A stretch of 64,000 nucleotides of DNA from Macrostomum hystrix (GCA_950097015.1 CATNEN010000038.1:1240001-1304000); one strand, 5' to 3'; shown: positions 46,227-59,714, counted from the stretch's first letter. Made by a program: numbers and translations. The notes: generated by a model not told the origin, from the letters alone.

Positions 46227-47198
46227 ATGTCCAACGTCACCGCGCCAGCAGCACAGACTGAGCCCGAGTGGGTCGGGCAGTTCAAGAAGTTCCAACTCAC
46301 CGTCGTTCTGATTGGCCTGCTGCTGAACATCTTGGGCCTCGTCGTGTTTTACACTAGAACGTCATCGAAGAACTACAGCGTCATAACGCTGATGCTGCTG
46401 AAGCACCAGTCGATAATCGATTGCTTGATCTGCCTGATTACAGTGTTCTACCTTTTACCGGGCCTGCCAGACAGCTCCGGTACAGCCGCCGCCTGCTACC
46501 TGTGGTATTCGCAGACTTTCTACTGGATCCTAGTAGTCCTGAGCGTCTGGAACCTGCTGCTCATCTGTGTCGAGCGCTTCATAGCCGTGGTGTTCCCGCT
46601 GCGCTACCGGACCAAACGACCGGCTCAGGCCGCGTACATGATCGTCGTCATCCACCTCTGGGCCTGCCTGCTGGCTGTTCCCGTCACCTTCTGGGTGCGC
46701 TTCGCCAACGGCTCGTGCAACTACGGAACACCAACCTTCAACTCCAAGGCGCTTCTTGACTTTCTTACAGTGCACGCCGCCGTTTGGTTCGTTGGAATCT
46801 ATCTGTTCCCCGTGTCCTCTATGACTGCCATGTACACCAAGATTGTGCTTGTCATCCGAACAAAGACCTCGGCTGGGGGCGGCGATGGTGGGCCAGGACA
46901 AAGCCGGGCAGCAGCCGAGTTCACTAAGACGGCCATTGTGGTGACTTCAGTTTTTGTCGTCACCTTCTCGTTCGACTCGTTCTACTATTTTATCGGCACT
47001 TTCTCGCCTAACATTCAATACGAGGTGAACTCGCCGCTGCAGATCTTTGGCACCTTCATGGTCACCCTAAACTCCTGCGCGAATGTCATCATCTACCTCA
47101 TCTTCATGAGGTCCTTCCGCGGCCAGGTGATCCGGCTGCTCAGCTGCGGGCGGCGCTCCGGCTCCGCGAGCGTGGCTGCCGCCACAGGCAGCGCCTAA
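46227..47198 (+). CDS. Class A (rhodopsin-like) GPCR, probable peptide receptor, single coding exon (~323 aa)
   Basis: Seven hydrophobic segments; GLLLN (TM1), ERF-IAVVFPLRY, W in TM4, P in TM5, NSCANVIIY (TM7); N-terminal NVT sequon; acceptor at 46187-46188 upstream. Confidence 0.9.
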   Translation: MSNVTAPAAQTEPEWVGQFKKFQLTVVLIGLLLNILGLVVFYTRTSSKNYSVITLMLLKHQSIIDCLICLITVFYLLPGLPDSSGTAAACYLWYSQTFYWILVVLSVWNLLLICVERFIAVVFPLRYRTKRPAQAAYMIVVIHLWACLLAVPVTFWVRFANGSCNYGTPTFNSKALLDFLTVHAAVWFVGIYLFPVSSMTAMYTKIVLVIRTKTSAGGGDGGPGQSRAAAEFTKTAIVVTSVFVVTFSFDSFYYFIGTFSPNIQYEVNSPLQIFGTFMVTLNSCANVIIYLIFMRSFRGQVIRLLSCGRRSGSASVAAATGSA

Positions 47199-47213
47199 TG
47201 TCAGCGCCTCCTG

Positions 47214-47397
47214 CGATCTGTCAGACCGTGATCTGTCAGAGTGTGATCTGTTAGACTGTGATCTGTCAGACTGTGATCTGTCAGACTGTGATCTGTCAGA
47301 GTGTGATTTGGCAGACTGTGATCTGTCAAACTGTGATCTGTCAGACTGTGATCTGTCAGACTGTGATGTGTCAGGCTGTGATTTGTCAGACTGCAAT
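47214..47397. repeat. 15-bp minisatellite (GATCTGTCAGACTGT)n in the putative GPCR 3'UTR
   Basis: Direct repeat between the stop codon and AATAAA at about 47417. Confidence 0.9.
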
Positions 47398-48374
47398 CTA
47401 GAAATTGATATTATGCAATAAAAGGCCCCACATTAAAGATTGTACAATCCCCAATTTAATAAATGCAAAGCTTGTAAGACTTGAATTGGTTGAAAAAAAG
47501 TTAAATTAATAATTATTGTGCGATATGCAAAAAATACAGCTTGTGTTCGGTTCAGCTCTGTTACGCCGCCATCGCATTTTGCTGGTGACGTCACTAATTG
47601 AGTTTCTTGGAAATCAGCCCAACACTGCCACCTATTCTGGAATAAAATTCAGCACGTGTTAATTTTAATTTCATTTTTTTGCTTTTTTCGAATTACACTG
47701 TGCTGAAATCTCATAATTTTTTTTAACCTAATTTTATCATCATCAAAGTTATCTGATTATTCGAGTAGACAACTTACAGCAAAAGCAGCAGCAGCGGTCG
47801 TGTACTGCTGCATGGCTACACCTCGGATTCTGAATCATTAAAGTTCTTTGCCTGTTTTATCTGTTTGTCTGTCTGTCTTTTGTCTGTCTGTCTGTCAGTC
47901 AGACTGTCTGTCCTGTGCATATTCGCAATTACCTTAACTCGAGTAGCCACTAAACTTTTATAGCATCCACTTAACATTCAAGGACCGTTAGACTTGTTAC
48001 CTTGGGCTAATGTAATTAGTAATGACGTGCTCAAATGGAAGGTCTGGCACGAAGCTTTGCTATGCAATTCGATACAGCCGGTGTTTTTACTTAGATTTTT
48101 CGACAAAAATGTACTTTTTGTGACTCAAATAAACCCGCCAAACAGTTGACCTGCATTAAAACTCATAGAGTTTATTTCTACTCGTAGGAATAGAAGCATG
48201 CGACAATAAAAATCAGTTCTGTAGTTTCTTATGCAATATTATTAACAAAGACCCATCACAGCAAAATTTGAATTACTCATATCAAAAGCACAATACTATA
48301 TCTACTCAGAGAATGTTCACCTGAGCAAAAGGGGGGGTAAAAGGACGTCCCATCAATTCGATGAGCGACACTCT

Positions 48375-48830
48375 AAATCTAAAGTGGCGGCTACCCCCAG
48401 CCCTAAATGAAAGGTGGCGGCTACCCCCTTAATGAAATCCAGGGTGGCGGCTACCCCTCTAATCAAATCCAAGGTGGTGGCTACCCCCAGGCCTAAATCC
48501 AAGGTGGTGGCTACCCCCAGGCCTAAATCAAAGGCAAGGTGGCGGCTACCCCCCTAATCAAATCCAAGGTGGCGGCTACCCCCCTAATGAAATCCAAGGT
48601 GGCGGCTACCCCTCTAATCAAATCCAAGGTGGTGGCTACCCACAGGCCTAAATCCAAGGTGGTGGCTACCCACAGGCCTAAATCCAAGGTGGTGGCTACC
48701 CCCAGGCCTAAATCCAAGGTGGTGGCTACCCACAGGCCTAAATCCAAGGTGGTGGCTACCCCCAGGCCTAAATCCAAGGTGGTGGCTACCCCCAGGCCTA
48801 AATCCAAGATGGCGGCTACCCCCCAAATCC
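48375..48830. repeat. 30-bp minisatellite (AAATCCAAGGTGGTGGCTACCCCCAGGCCT)n in the putative CSTPP1 3'UTR
   Basis: Direct tandem repeat. Confidence 0.92.
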
Positions 48831-48871
48831 ATAGCATGGGTTGGGAATAGGAGCATGTTCACAGGCTGAAA

Positions 48872-51800
48872 TCACACGGAGTCGCTGTCAGTGTCAGTGC
48901 TTCCGCCGCCGCTGCTGCCTGTATCGTCGCTGCTTCCGCTGGTGCTTTCATTTCTACGTGAATGGCCGCCTCGGCTATGCCGCTGCTGCTGCTTCTGAGC
49001 TCCGACAGACGGTCTCGCTGCGCCAGCTATCAATCGCTTCTGTCGCTGCTGCTGCTGCTGCTGTTGCTGAGCTGTCTGGTTGCTAGAAGCGGCTGTTGAG
49101 GAAGCTCGAAGATCTTCTGCTGCTGCTGGAAGTTGCTGCGGTGACGTCATCAGTACTTGGGCAACTGAGGACCCCGGCGCCACTGTCGTCCTAAAAAGTG
49201 ATAACAAATTTCCTGACTATCAGCGACAGTCCTAACATTATGTTTGAGCAATACGAAATATTCCTTCGCAACTTCAAATTTTCGAATCAAATTCTGCTCA
49301 TTTCTAATTTATCGATCAAGAAAAAGTTCGGAGCAAATGTGGTCGCATTTCTAAATAATTTTCGCACTAAAACTAGAAATTTACTAGACAAAAATCTGAA
49401 AGCTAGTTCCAGAACAGTCTGGTGGATTTCTAAACTACTGCCTAGACAGGCATGAAACAATGTACTTTATTATTGCAAGGAAAATATAATCAATTGTCAT
49501 GTGCGGATCGAATCGTTAATTTAATTGAAGCAAGAAAATCACAGAAACTTGAATAGTACATTCGGAAAACACAGCAGTCCCTGGAGTCAGATTTCTGCAA
49601 AGCATGGCCAAAAAGCGTTTGTCAAGTTTGTCAATTTGTCAAGTAATTTGATAAATTATAATTGAAAATTTCATGACTTTAATTTCGTTTTAGTGGTTAT
49701 CATACTAATTATAAGTAAGCATTATAGTGAAAATTAAAATAAAATGACAGTGTAGTAGAATCACTATCTAAATATATAATTTCCAGTATGTGGATTGAGT
49801 CACAATGAGACAAATGCCCTTTTCATAGCCACCCTTATAGTCTTTTTACATCTCGCCAACGAGCGATCTCTTCAACGAACAATAAAAAAAATTAAGTATA
49901 TTTATATGCACACCAGCATGACTGTACTGTTCTAATTAGGTTACAGAAATTGTTTGTTAAAATTGCTTAGCACACCAAAACTTAACACGGTGATTCCGCG
50001 ACTGTTCTTACACCAAAGGCCAACGGACGCTGAACGCTGGTGATTCGACCCCAGTTTGTAGGTCATGACTCTCTGTCACTGTGTGCATGCAATTTAAACA
50101 GTTTTATATTATTATCAAAAGCATAACTATTGTTATATTTATTGCCCGGTAGCAATAACAAGAAGGATGCTACATAAAGAATTGTGCAAAAATTTAACAT
50201 ACTGCATGATTGAGACAGAATTTAATTGTGTTGGTGCAAATCTAACTCATGGTAAAAAAGCATTCTAAACTGAATTTATATTCTATTAACACCTATTACC
50301 ACAGTACATTTGTCCACAGTGCACGGCTACTTACGAGTTTAAGTTACAAATTAGCTTATTTTATTTACATTTGCTAGATAATCTACGGTGTTCAAAAAAG
50401 TTCATACACGATTCTTAGAATCTGAACTGGTGCATTTAAACAAAGAAAAAATAACACCGGAAAAATAAAACACTGGCTATTGCATCAGCAAAGCATTAAC
50501 TATAACTCCGCATAATTGCGTGTGGGCACCCACTCTATACAAATTCGTTTATAAGGTGCCGAATAGAACTCACAGATTCATAAAAGTCCCAGATAGGTCG
50601 GTGTCAAAAGTTCTGAGAAATATCTATTATTTGGCTCCATTTCTTACCATTCTGCTGCAGGAAACGGCTCTGCTCTGCCGTCTGTGAACAGACCTGTTGA
50701 CAACGTTAGTTTTTTTGCCACTTTTGCTCTTAACAACGGCATCGTCAATAAAAACACATTTTACAGTCTTAATGAAACAGCTTTGACCGATTGAATTCAA
50801 GCATTCATTTCTAAGGTGAGTCGGGTAATTATAAAATTAATGAGCAGTGTGGAAAATTAAAAAACAAATTATCACAATTACAAACGGTCTGACTCCACTT
50901 TGCCTAGGATATTCTATCACAGCATCACACTGCCTGACGATGGGAAAGTCAGGATTGATGTGTAAATAGCTGGAACACCACTGTGTGTTTGAGTTCTGGT
51001 TATCCGTATTAACAAATCTGCCAAAAATCAACTCAAAACTCCCAGGCACTTTACCCTCAGTGATGTACTAGGGCAGCTGCAAGATACAGGTATTGAGTAA
51101 TTTTGCAACTATTTTAAAGTAAAAGGGGTTTGAAAAACGTGTAAATACTTGTACAAGATAGAAAAAAGATGGATGCCATAGAAGGGGGTGAGTGGCAGAG
51201 CTGTTAACGCGTTTGCCTCTCGCACCAACGTCCCTAAGCTCGATTCCGCGGCGAGGCCACATTCATTCGGGGCGCAGCCGCGGAGAGAAGGTTTTGGGGG
51301 CTTGTCGTGAAATCTCCAAGACAAATTGAAAGTGTACGCTGCCTGACGATGAGAAGGCCAGAGCAGATTTATGCACCTGTACATGTACACACCTGTACTA
51401 GTGAGAAGCCCTAATCCTGAAGCTCAAGCTCCCCTGGTACAAAGAGCTCTATTAAAGATTGCATTATGTAATAAACCTAATAAGCCTATATGTATTAGGT
51501 CTACGTAATAAGCAAATTAAAATTTATACGCGTAGAAAAAGAATGCATGCAAAAATGGTTGCAATTACTGAGAATAATGTCAGCAGCTACTCGAAAAAAA
51601 TAGTCAGTCTGTCATAGACAAACAGTAACTTTACAGATGCATCTGACACTGGAAACTAGATTAAAATAATTAGTGTCAGTGTATTTCTAAATATAACAAA
51701 AAAGTTTTTTTAGCATATATGGGAATTAGGCGGACATGATTAACTACAAAAAAGTAATACTCAAGTTGTACTTATACCGAATTTTTTTAATTCGCCGGCC

Positions 51801-54197
51801 TTAATTCCATCTGCTTCCGACGTGGCAAAGTCATTAGCAGTTTTTGTAGCCACAGAAGCTGTGAAAACTGACTCAATTGGAACCAGCGCCTCTGAGACTA
51901 ATCGGGAGAGAGAATGCGCTTTTATACTACTATTGAGCAGTAGTTTACGTAAAATAGCGCACGTATTTAAATAAATGTGAAAATCAACTTAGGTATTTGA
52001 AAATTTTTGCTAGTTAAGCTAGATACTTAAAAAACTATTTTGTTCTGTTAAAGCCGAAGGTTTTAGAATGGAGCAAAAGAAAATAAAATTTCGTAATTCA
52101 TGCAAGTTAACTTCCGGTCAAAATCTGCAAAAACAACCTGGTTCAAAAAATATTGTGCAAAATCTGACATCAAATGAATTAGACATAAAGAATTGAAATG
52201 CTTTTTTAAATATTCAATTGGAAAATGAAACGGATTCAGATTCAGAAGGGAGATAAGTCAGAGGAGAGATGAGCTATGTTGAAAGGTGTCAGGAGATCTG
52301 GGTTCAGGAGCATCGCGAGCTGCAAAAGCGAGGAGCCGCTGCAAGAGCATCGCGAGGAGCACCCGTATCTGGCCATCGTGCCGAATTTCGACAAATCGAG
52401 GCTATTTTTAGAAGCGGAGCATGCAGAAATGGCGTGATCTTCGAGCCGGGTAGAGGTCGCAAATTCAAGGTCGCTTCACATTCACAGGTTAGCATGCATA
52501 AAACGCGTGACACAGATAAACAAAGTTAAAGAAAGATTATTTTTCAACTCACCCAGCGCTGCCGCTAACTCCTTGTTGCGCACAAGTCCTGTGATGAATT
52601 CGCGATAGGTTGTGGTTCGATTGCTGCCCAATGACCTCTTGATTATGTCCATGTTTGGTACGCTGGAAATAAATTGAGTAGATATAATTTTTTCTGCAAT
52701 ATCTTGATTGTAACTCGGCAATGCTAAATGCTTTCCCGTCTCTTACTGGAGCTGCAGCTCTTGGCAGACACCATCAATCAGTCGAGTGTAGGCACTGGTC
52801 GAGACCCTCAGTAGCTCAGGTGCCGTTGTTGCAACTGACGCTGCGGCATCTGCCTGTTGTTGCTGCTGCTGCTGCTGCTGCTGATCGGCCTGCGGCAGAA
52901 ACACGTCGATATTGCTGGACCGGCCGCTTAGCATGGACTCATAAAGCTGGGCGCACTTGTCTAGAAATTCGTCGTACAGCAGGTGAATCTGGAATGCCGT
53001 GAGAAACTCCGAGAACAAAAACCTGGCCTGCTTCAGCGCCTCCGCTGTGACAGCCTGGGCCGCTACTTCGCTGGGAGTCGACGCGGAGCTCTGCGGCAGC
53101 ATTTCCTTGACGGTGCGACCGGCCAGCTCAACCAATCGCCACGGCAGGTCCGGGCAGAGCAGCAGCAGCAGCGAGTGCAGCTCCTGCAGGCTGAGACAGT
53201 CGCCGATTTCGTCCAGGTTGCAGTAGGCCCGGTAGATGAGGCGAACGAAGCTCAGCCGGTTGTGCGGAGTGGCGCTGACGAATGCGAAGTCACGCAGCAG
53301 CACGTGATTGCCGCTGCTCAAGCATTTGAAACTGCGGGAACATTTGAATCGCATCGCTACTAACCAGACGAGTCACGTGATCATACGTGTTTAGTTTACG
53401 TAAGTTTGCACCGCAGCCAGAGAAAAACGCTACTCTGCTCATCACGCTAACTCCTTAGAACAAAACCGCAGCCATGATTTACACTTTACACTTAGCAATG
53501 TGAGAGGTTTGAATGAGTTATCCGATCTTGACACGAACGATGGGGTCAAGATCGTGTACTTCTTTTAATGCTGGTGCAGTTATTTTTAAAGAGTACAACT
53601 TAATATTGTTAAGAAAGAGACAGATAGGGTCACGTGATCGCATTTCGAACGATTCGCGTGATCGTTTTCTAAAGAGTCATGTGATCTTGTTTCAAAAGAG
53701 TCACGTGATCATGATGAGAAGGAGTCACGTGATCTTGCTATGAAAGAGTCCCCGCAATATTTGTCTAAATAGTCCCGTGATCGTGTTACTTAAGAGTCAA
53801 GTGATCTTGCTAAGAAAGAGCCCCGCTGTAGTTGACTAAAGAGTCACGTGATCTGGCCATAAAAATGCCTCACGTTCTGGTTTGAAACCATCGCACGATT
53901 TGAATTATATGATGACCCTAATTGAGAGAAGTCTGTTAAAATGCTAATTCTCATGGGTGTTTTAGTTTTACTTACTAATCGGCCATAAAATTTTTAGCGT
54001 TCACTTTAGGATTGTCCTCTCGATACAGCAGCAGCTGGGTGACGCAGTCCTCCATGTAGAATGTGATGTGGTGCGCATCTGTAGAGGCGGTGTTGGTAAT
54101 TAGAATCCACTTAAAGTAACAAGCTGCATGATTTTTAACAAAATAATATGAAATAAGTCACTCGCAACTCACCCAGATATTGGTTTGGGGACATCAT
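48872..54197 (-). CDS. CSTPP1: CSTPP1/C11orf49 homolog (centriolar satellite-associated tubulin polyglutamylase complex regulator); exons 54197-54173, 54078-53976, 53331-52747, 52662-52553, 50693-50648, 49190-48872 (~395 aa)
   Basis: YLDAHHITFYMEDCVTQLL, GNHVLLRDFAFVSATPHNRLSFVR, LLLLCPDLP, FSEFLTAFQI..YDEFLD resemble human C11orf49 as recalled; splice phases are consistent (1188 nt). Confidence 0.85.
51184..51480 (+). mobile_element. tRNA-derived SINE family 2 (intronic, antisense to CSTPP1)
   Basis: A-box-like TGGCAGAGCTG, B-box-like GCTCGATTCC, shared hairpin block with 27426-27535, AT-rich end. Confidence 0.6.
53625..53855. repeat. Degenerate intronic ~23-bp repeat with GAGTCACGTGATC core
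   Basis: Recurring (AAA)GAGTCACGTGATC variants; an extra copy at about 53370. Confidence 0.75.
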
Positions 54198-54728
54198 TGT
54201 TCTTATTGGTACTTGAGAAATTCGTTAAATCTGAAAGAAACACAGGAAATAAGTTTCAGTCATTAATCTTTAAGTTAAATATATTATGATTACTTTTTAA
54301 AGATTATCTATCTAATTCTAAATATGGGTTAATCTGAAGATCAGAACTGTCACAATTATTAAAGAAAGTAAAAAAGCTGCAAATATATATTCAGCTCGTG
54401 TTTATTAAAAAGTTAACAGAATTGGAAATATTTTAGCACAATATTTTAGACAGTTTTTATATTATCTCCAACATAAATTCACAGTCATATGAATATCAGC
54501 ACAGCAGATACGTTGAATTTTTACTGACCCAATTCAAATAACAAACAGTATTATAATAAATCACAAAATTCATCTGAGAAAAACAAATTTATTAACGAAT
54601 TTATTCCTGACAGAGCTAAAATTTCTAGTTTATCTCATGTAAAATTCAGAAGTATAAAAAACTCAGGGGCTGCAATTAAAATGATCTTTGTAGTACAGCT
54701 TTTGTACTTTTAAGAATATTAATTTCGC

Positions 54729-55328
54729 TTAGTACAAGCTGGTTTTCTTCATGATGCGAAGAAATTCAGACTCGTTGATCTCGCCGTCGCCATCTCGGTC
54801 GGCTTCGTCGATCATCTCCTGCAGCTCCTCGTCTGTAAGGTTCTCGCCCAGTTCTTTGGCGACTCGCTTCAAATTCTTGAATGAGATTTTTCCCGTCTCA
54901 TCGTCGTCAAACAGACGGAAGGCTTTGAGAATCTCCTCTTTGGAGTCCTTTTCTGTCATCTTGCTCGTCATCATGCTGAGGAAGTCGTTGAAGTCGATGC
55001 TGCCTGGCAGAGAAGAAGCAAAAAAAGCTTTAAATTATTATTTATCAGTTACTGAGTAGCTGATTCGACCTGCACTAATCCTACCTGTTCCATCTTTGTC
55101 ATACTCTGCTATTAGCTTCTTAATCTCTTCCTTCTTGGGCTCAAATCCAAGGGCACGCATGGCCACCTTCAGCTCCTTGATGTCAATGGTGCCGGAGCCG
55201 TCATTGTTGAACAGGTCGAATGCCTCCCTGATCTCCTGCTTCTGCTCCTCTGACAGCTCCAGCTTGATGCCGCCGGCTGTCTTCTTCTTTTGGCCGCCCC
55301 CCGGACCAACTGACTTCTTTGTTGTCGC
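54729..55328 (-). CDS. CETN2: Centrin (centrin-1/2 type, four EF-hands); exons 55328-55085, 55003-54729; initiator ATG not in these exons
   Basis: [120 protein letters not shown]. Confidence 0.95.
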
Positions 55329-57180
55329 CTGAAAGCAAAATAAATGGGGCTTCATAGGAAGAAAACAAGTCATAAATCATAAACGGGACAAAAATAAGTA
55401 AAAAGTCATGCAGCTATATGCTGCAACTTCGAGTAGTTTTATTATTACTTCATCACTGCATCACAAAAATTGAAATATGGTTGGTAGAATTCATTAAAAG
55501 TTAAGTAATTAACTAACATTTCTCAAAGGAAAGCAAAGCAAGATTTAGAGAAGGAAGAAATCATTTTTATTTAGGCTTTTTTATTTTCAATGGGATGCGA
55601 ATCCTGAATATAAGTATTATATTGCCAGTAATTAAAGAAATTAGTATAAGATAAAATGATCACTGCAAGTGAGATGATAAATGATAACTGCACTTATAAA
55701 CAATGTTTTTAAATTATGACTCCACATAACATAAAGATTTACACTATTTTAATCAATATGATGCACAAAAATTCGCAAATTAGCGACTTGCATTGCACAT
55801 AGAATATTTTTTCATACCAGTCGAGATAAAATGTGCTAGAAAAAGTGTTATTTAAGTCTAAAATAAAATAAGGACCTACTTTTGGGTCTACAATTAGTAG
55901 AAAAATAATACAATGTGATTGCTACTTAAGTCTACTTACGAAAAATGTATTTATTATTATTCATTGTCCAAAATATAAGAGAAAAGTATGCTTGTGTATA
56001 CTTAACTACATAGTCAGCTTTATTAAAAGAAATGAAATGCCAATTTGACAAAGTAAATTACAAAAAGAAAAAAGTTTGCATTGATGCTATAGCTGAGCAT
56101 GCGCTAAGGCAAACTGATAGATTGTGGTAAGCTTCTTTTTCCGTAGTAAAATGCAACGTTATAGAGCATAGGCCTAGTTTTAGAGCATAATGGAAACTTT
56201 GACTCGGTTTCAAATTTTTATAGAATATGCCGACATTCATTTGTGTTAAAAGTATGTACTGTCAACAAAATGTTTCTACGATTCTGTTATTAACTGCTTA
56301 TCAAAAAAAACATTATTAATATGCTTATAACTATTTCTGGCAGCTATCATACTAAAAAGTCAACTTTATGATCTTTTTACTGTGTTTGTTATTACATAAG
56401 CAGCCCGAATAATCAATAAATTACTAAGTAATGCACCAAGTGCTATTAAAAAATGTTATAACTATGAACTTCGACTATATGATTATAAATATATAATTAT
56501 GATTATAAGTTAAGCTTTAAACCAACAAGCACCAAGAGTCTAATCCTCGTTGTCTTTGATTGTCGCTAAAATATATGTTTTGATATTAACCTTTTTCTAT
56601 TTTTAAAGCATGTAGAGGCAAAAAAGTAAAGAGAAAATATAGATAAGTGACTTTATATTTCGAGATTAAAAATTAGGTTAATATGGGGTGTTTAATCGCG
56701 CATTAGAAGCAATTCTTCAAACTAACGCAATCAGGAAAAACCCGCTGCCGGATCAATAAATAAAATAAAAACTTTTTCTTTGAGTTATATTTTAGTGTGC
56801 AGATATGCGTCTGTGATTGCATCTGTTTATACGTTTTAAATTTAATCAAAAAACTGTTGACTGAAGGAATTTCGTTTTGTTATAAAAATATTCAAAATGA
56901 CACTTTTGGGTTTTTGTCCCAGCTGATTTGATTTAGTGAATTTCGAGTCTCGACCCCTACCCTACGCTGTTAGTTGCTCCGCTACGTAAAATGTATAATG
57001 CAGAATAGTACTCGAAGGCGTAGCAGACAAGCCTACTTCAGACATCCATAAATAAGCCTAGTCTAGTATGCTATAGGCTAATGGCCTTCTAAAACTATTG
57101 TAGGGCCTATTGACTGAAATTTTATGGCTCAATGGCTGTTAATTTTATACAGATATTAAGCTAGGCATGCCAAAAAACAT

Positions 57181-57250
57181 CAAAACCCAATTCGCAACCT
57201 TTAAGTCATGAGTCTAGCTAAAATTCTAACCACTAGGCTACAACCCCCTC
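57181..57250 (-). mobile_element. Degenerate head fragment of SINE family 1
   Basis: Reverse complement GGTTGTAGCCTAGTGGTTAG...ACTCATGACTTAAAGG matches the head at 59044 onward. Confidence 0.55.
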
Positions 57251-57789
57251 TGGCCTAGTAAACAATCTATATGTCTAGGCCTAAGATTTTTTATTTTATG
57301 GCTTATCTTGTATTGTGAAGTCTTAGTTTGATAAAGGACTTTGGCTAGCTAGATTATTTTTTCAGTCTAGTTTTAGTTGTCACTTGGAAGTTTACACATA
57401 AGAACCTTTTTTTATGCTTAGAAATATTTATTGATTATTTAAAAGCCCTGATTATGAATATGGTTAATGGTTATTATGGTCAATTATGATTAGACCTATG
57501 GTTAAGGTTAGGCCCTATGATTCTGAGGTTTTAGTAAATTCTAAATAGGGCTTAGCTAAATCAGATTTAGCCTATAATAATTAGTCAAGTATTTCACTTT
57601 ATGCTTATACATGTGCAACCTCCCAAATCTTAGCTGGCCGTGGGACTTAGTTTTTGCTCTATTTACGACTTAGTTTGCTCTATTTTTCTCTCCCCTTTCT
57701 CCTCTTCTTCACGCTTTCCTTTTCACCCGGCTGGGTTGGCTGGGTGTTACGCATGTATGTTTATGCTTTTTTGTCTTATGCTTAGCACC

Positions 57790-58370
57790 TACATTAGCAA
57801 CATTTTACTATGCGGTAAAAACAGTAAACTTGTACTCATAATGTCAAACACATTACCCTGCGGTGAAGTTTGGTTTTTACTGCACTGTTTATAACAAGTT
57901 AAAAAAACTGCACTGTTTACCAAACCTTATTATGCTGTGGACTGTGCAGAATTCACCACACTGTTTAAAAAACCTCATTTCAGGCTTGGACTATATAATG
58001 GACTATGTGGTGGAATATGTGAAATTCACCACATTGTTTAAAGAACCTCATTTTAGGCTTGGATTATGCGGAATTTACTGCATGGTTTAACAAACCTCAT
58101 TTTAGGCTTGGACTATGAGGAATTTACTGCATGGTTTAACAAGCCTCATTTTAGGCTTGGGCTATGCAGTGCACTTTAGTCCAAGCCTGAAATGAAGGTT
58201 CTTTAAACAGTGCAGTAAATTCCACATAGTCCACTGCATAATAAGGTCTGTTAAACATTGCTGTTTTTTAACATATAATAACAGTGCGGTAAAAACCACT
58301 AACTTCATGGCAGGGTAATGTGACATTATAATGAGGTTTTTACCACTCGGTAAAATGTCACCAATGTTTA
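57790..58370. mobile_element. Foldback/MITE-like long imperfect inverted repeat with internal ~50-bp subrepeats
   Basis: About 57790-57995 is the degenerate reverse complement of about 58180-58370; AACCTCATTTTAGGCTTGG is repeated internally. Confidence 0.7.
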
Positions 58371-59039
58371 ACACCTTGCAATTCTTATCTTAAAGTCAGG
58401 TCCTGAACCAAAGTTTCACTATTTTCAAAACAAAAAATGCTTTATTATGTACTATTCTATACTAAAAGATGAACTTTTTTCTTGGTGTATATAATTGCTT
58501 CAATTGGTAAACCTAATGTGCTAGATATTATCTAGTTAAAATTTCTAAAATAAAAAATTTTAACTTGCCTGCGTGAAAATATTGCTAAAATATAAATATT
58601 ATTTTTCTTTACATCACCATATTTTTTACTGAAATAACAGCATTCAAGATCAGAACTAGTTGTTTTGACTAAAAATAGTAAATCAGTTAATAAGTTATAG
58701 TAACATAGCATTAGCATATAAAACCTTATGTAAATTTTTCATTTTGGTTATAAATATATTGTAATAAGTATAATAAAATGCCATCAAAAGGTGCTAATAA
58801 ATATTTTTCCCAACAAACTGCCATCAAAAAATGCAAAAGCAAAAGCAAGGTCTAAAAATTTTCATGAAATATTAAAAAGCAAATATTTTTCCTGAGAAAG
58901 TTGAAAATTGAATAATAAGAAACAAAAAAAATAGGAAAAAATTGCAAGGAAAATTCAAATGAAGGCAAAAAGAGAGAGAAATTAGCAGATTTTTTAACTA
59001 TTAGGCAATTTGTGTTTTTCTGGTCACCTATATGCCTTA

Positions 59040-59351
59040 TAGAGGTTGTAGCCTAGTGGTTAGGGTGTCATACTCACAACTTGAAGGGGGTTCGATTCCT
59101 GACTCCCCTGAACAATTTGTGTCCTTTAGCAAGACGCTTAACTCTGCATTGCTTCAGTTCACCCAGCTGTTAAATGGGTACCAGCATCAGCTGGGATAAT
59201 TGAAGGTGGGTGTGGCGTCCCCGAGTCCATGGACTGAACAGCTGTATGCAGCCTTCAGATGCGCCACGCATTAGCTGCGGCTGTGCTGTCGGCTGCACAT
59301 CTGACCCAATTGGGGCAGGTGTAATCAATTATTATTATTATTACAATTAAT
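59040..59351 (+). mobile_element. tRNA-derived SINE family 1, copy 2
   Basis: Same body as 3150-3464; (ATT)n tail; TSD TATATGCCTTA at 59029-59039 and 59352-59362. Confidence 0.9.
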
Positions 59352-59714
59352 TATATGCCTTAGGTCAGCTGATATCTGTTTATAGATGTCTCTATAGTAT
59401 CCTCTCTAAGTATAGTTCCATGTTATCTTGTACCATTAAGTAGCTTGATTTATATTCTTGTGTTAAACACACACAAAATTAAGAGTATTTTCTAAGATTG
59501 TTAAAATTTAAATGGGCAGTGCCACACATGTTCCACTTGCATTTGGTCATTATCAAAGTATTGTTTACATGAATTATAAAGTTCTGTTCTCATGTGCTGC
59601 ACATTTAATTGTCATAGACTTGAAATATTTTAACCTTTCAGACCTGCAACTAGCCTGAGTAATCCCTATTTTCTAAAAAGCAGCTAAATAGCACAAACAG
59701 TTCATAGACAAGAG

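Noticed and set aside
50837-51067. Extra CSTPP1 exon
   Set aside because: There is a stop in the required phase, and the gene model is in frame without it.
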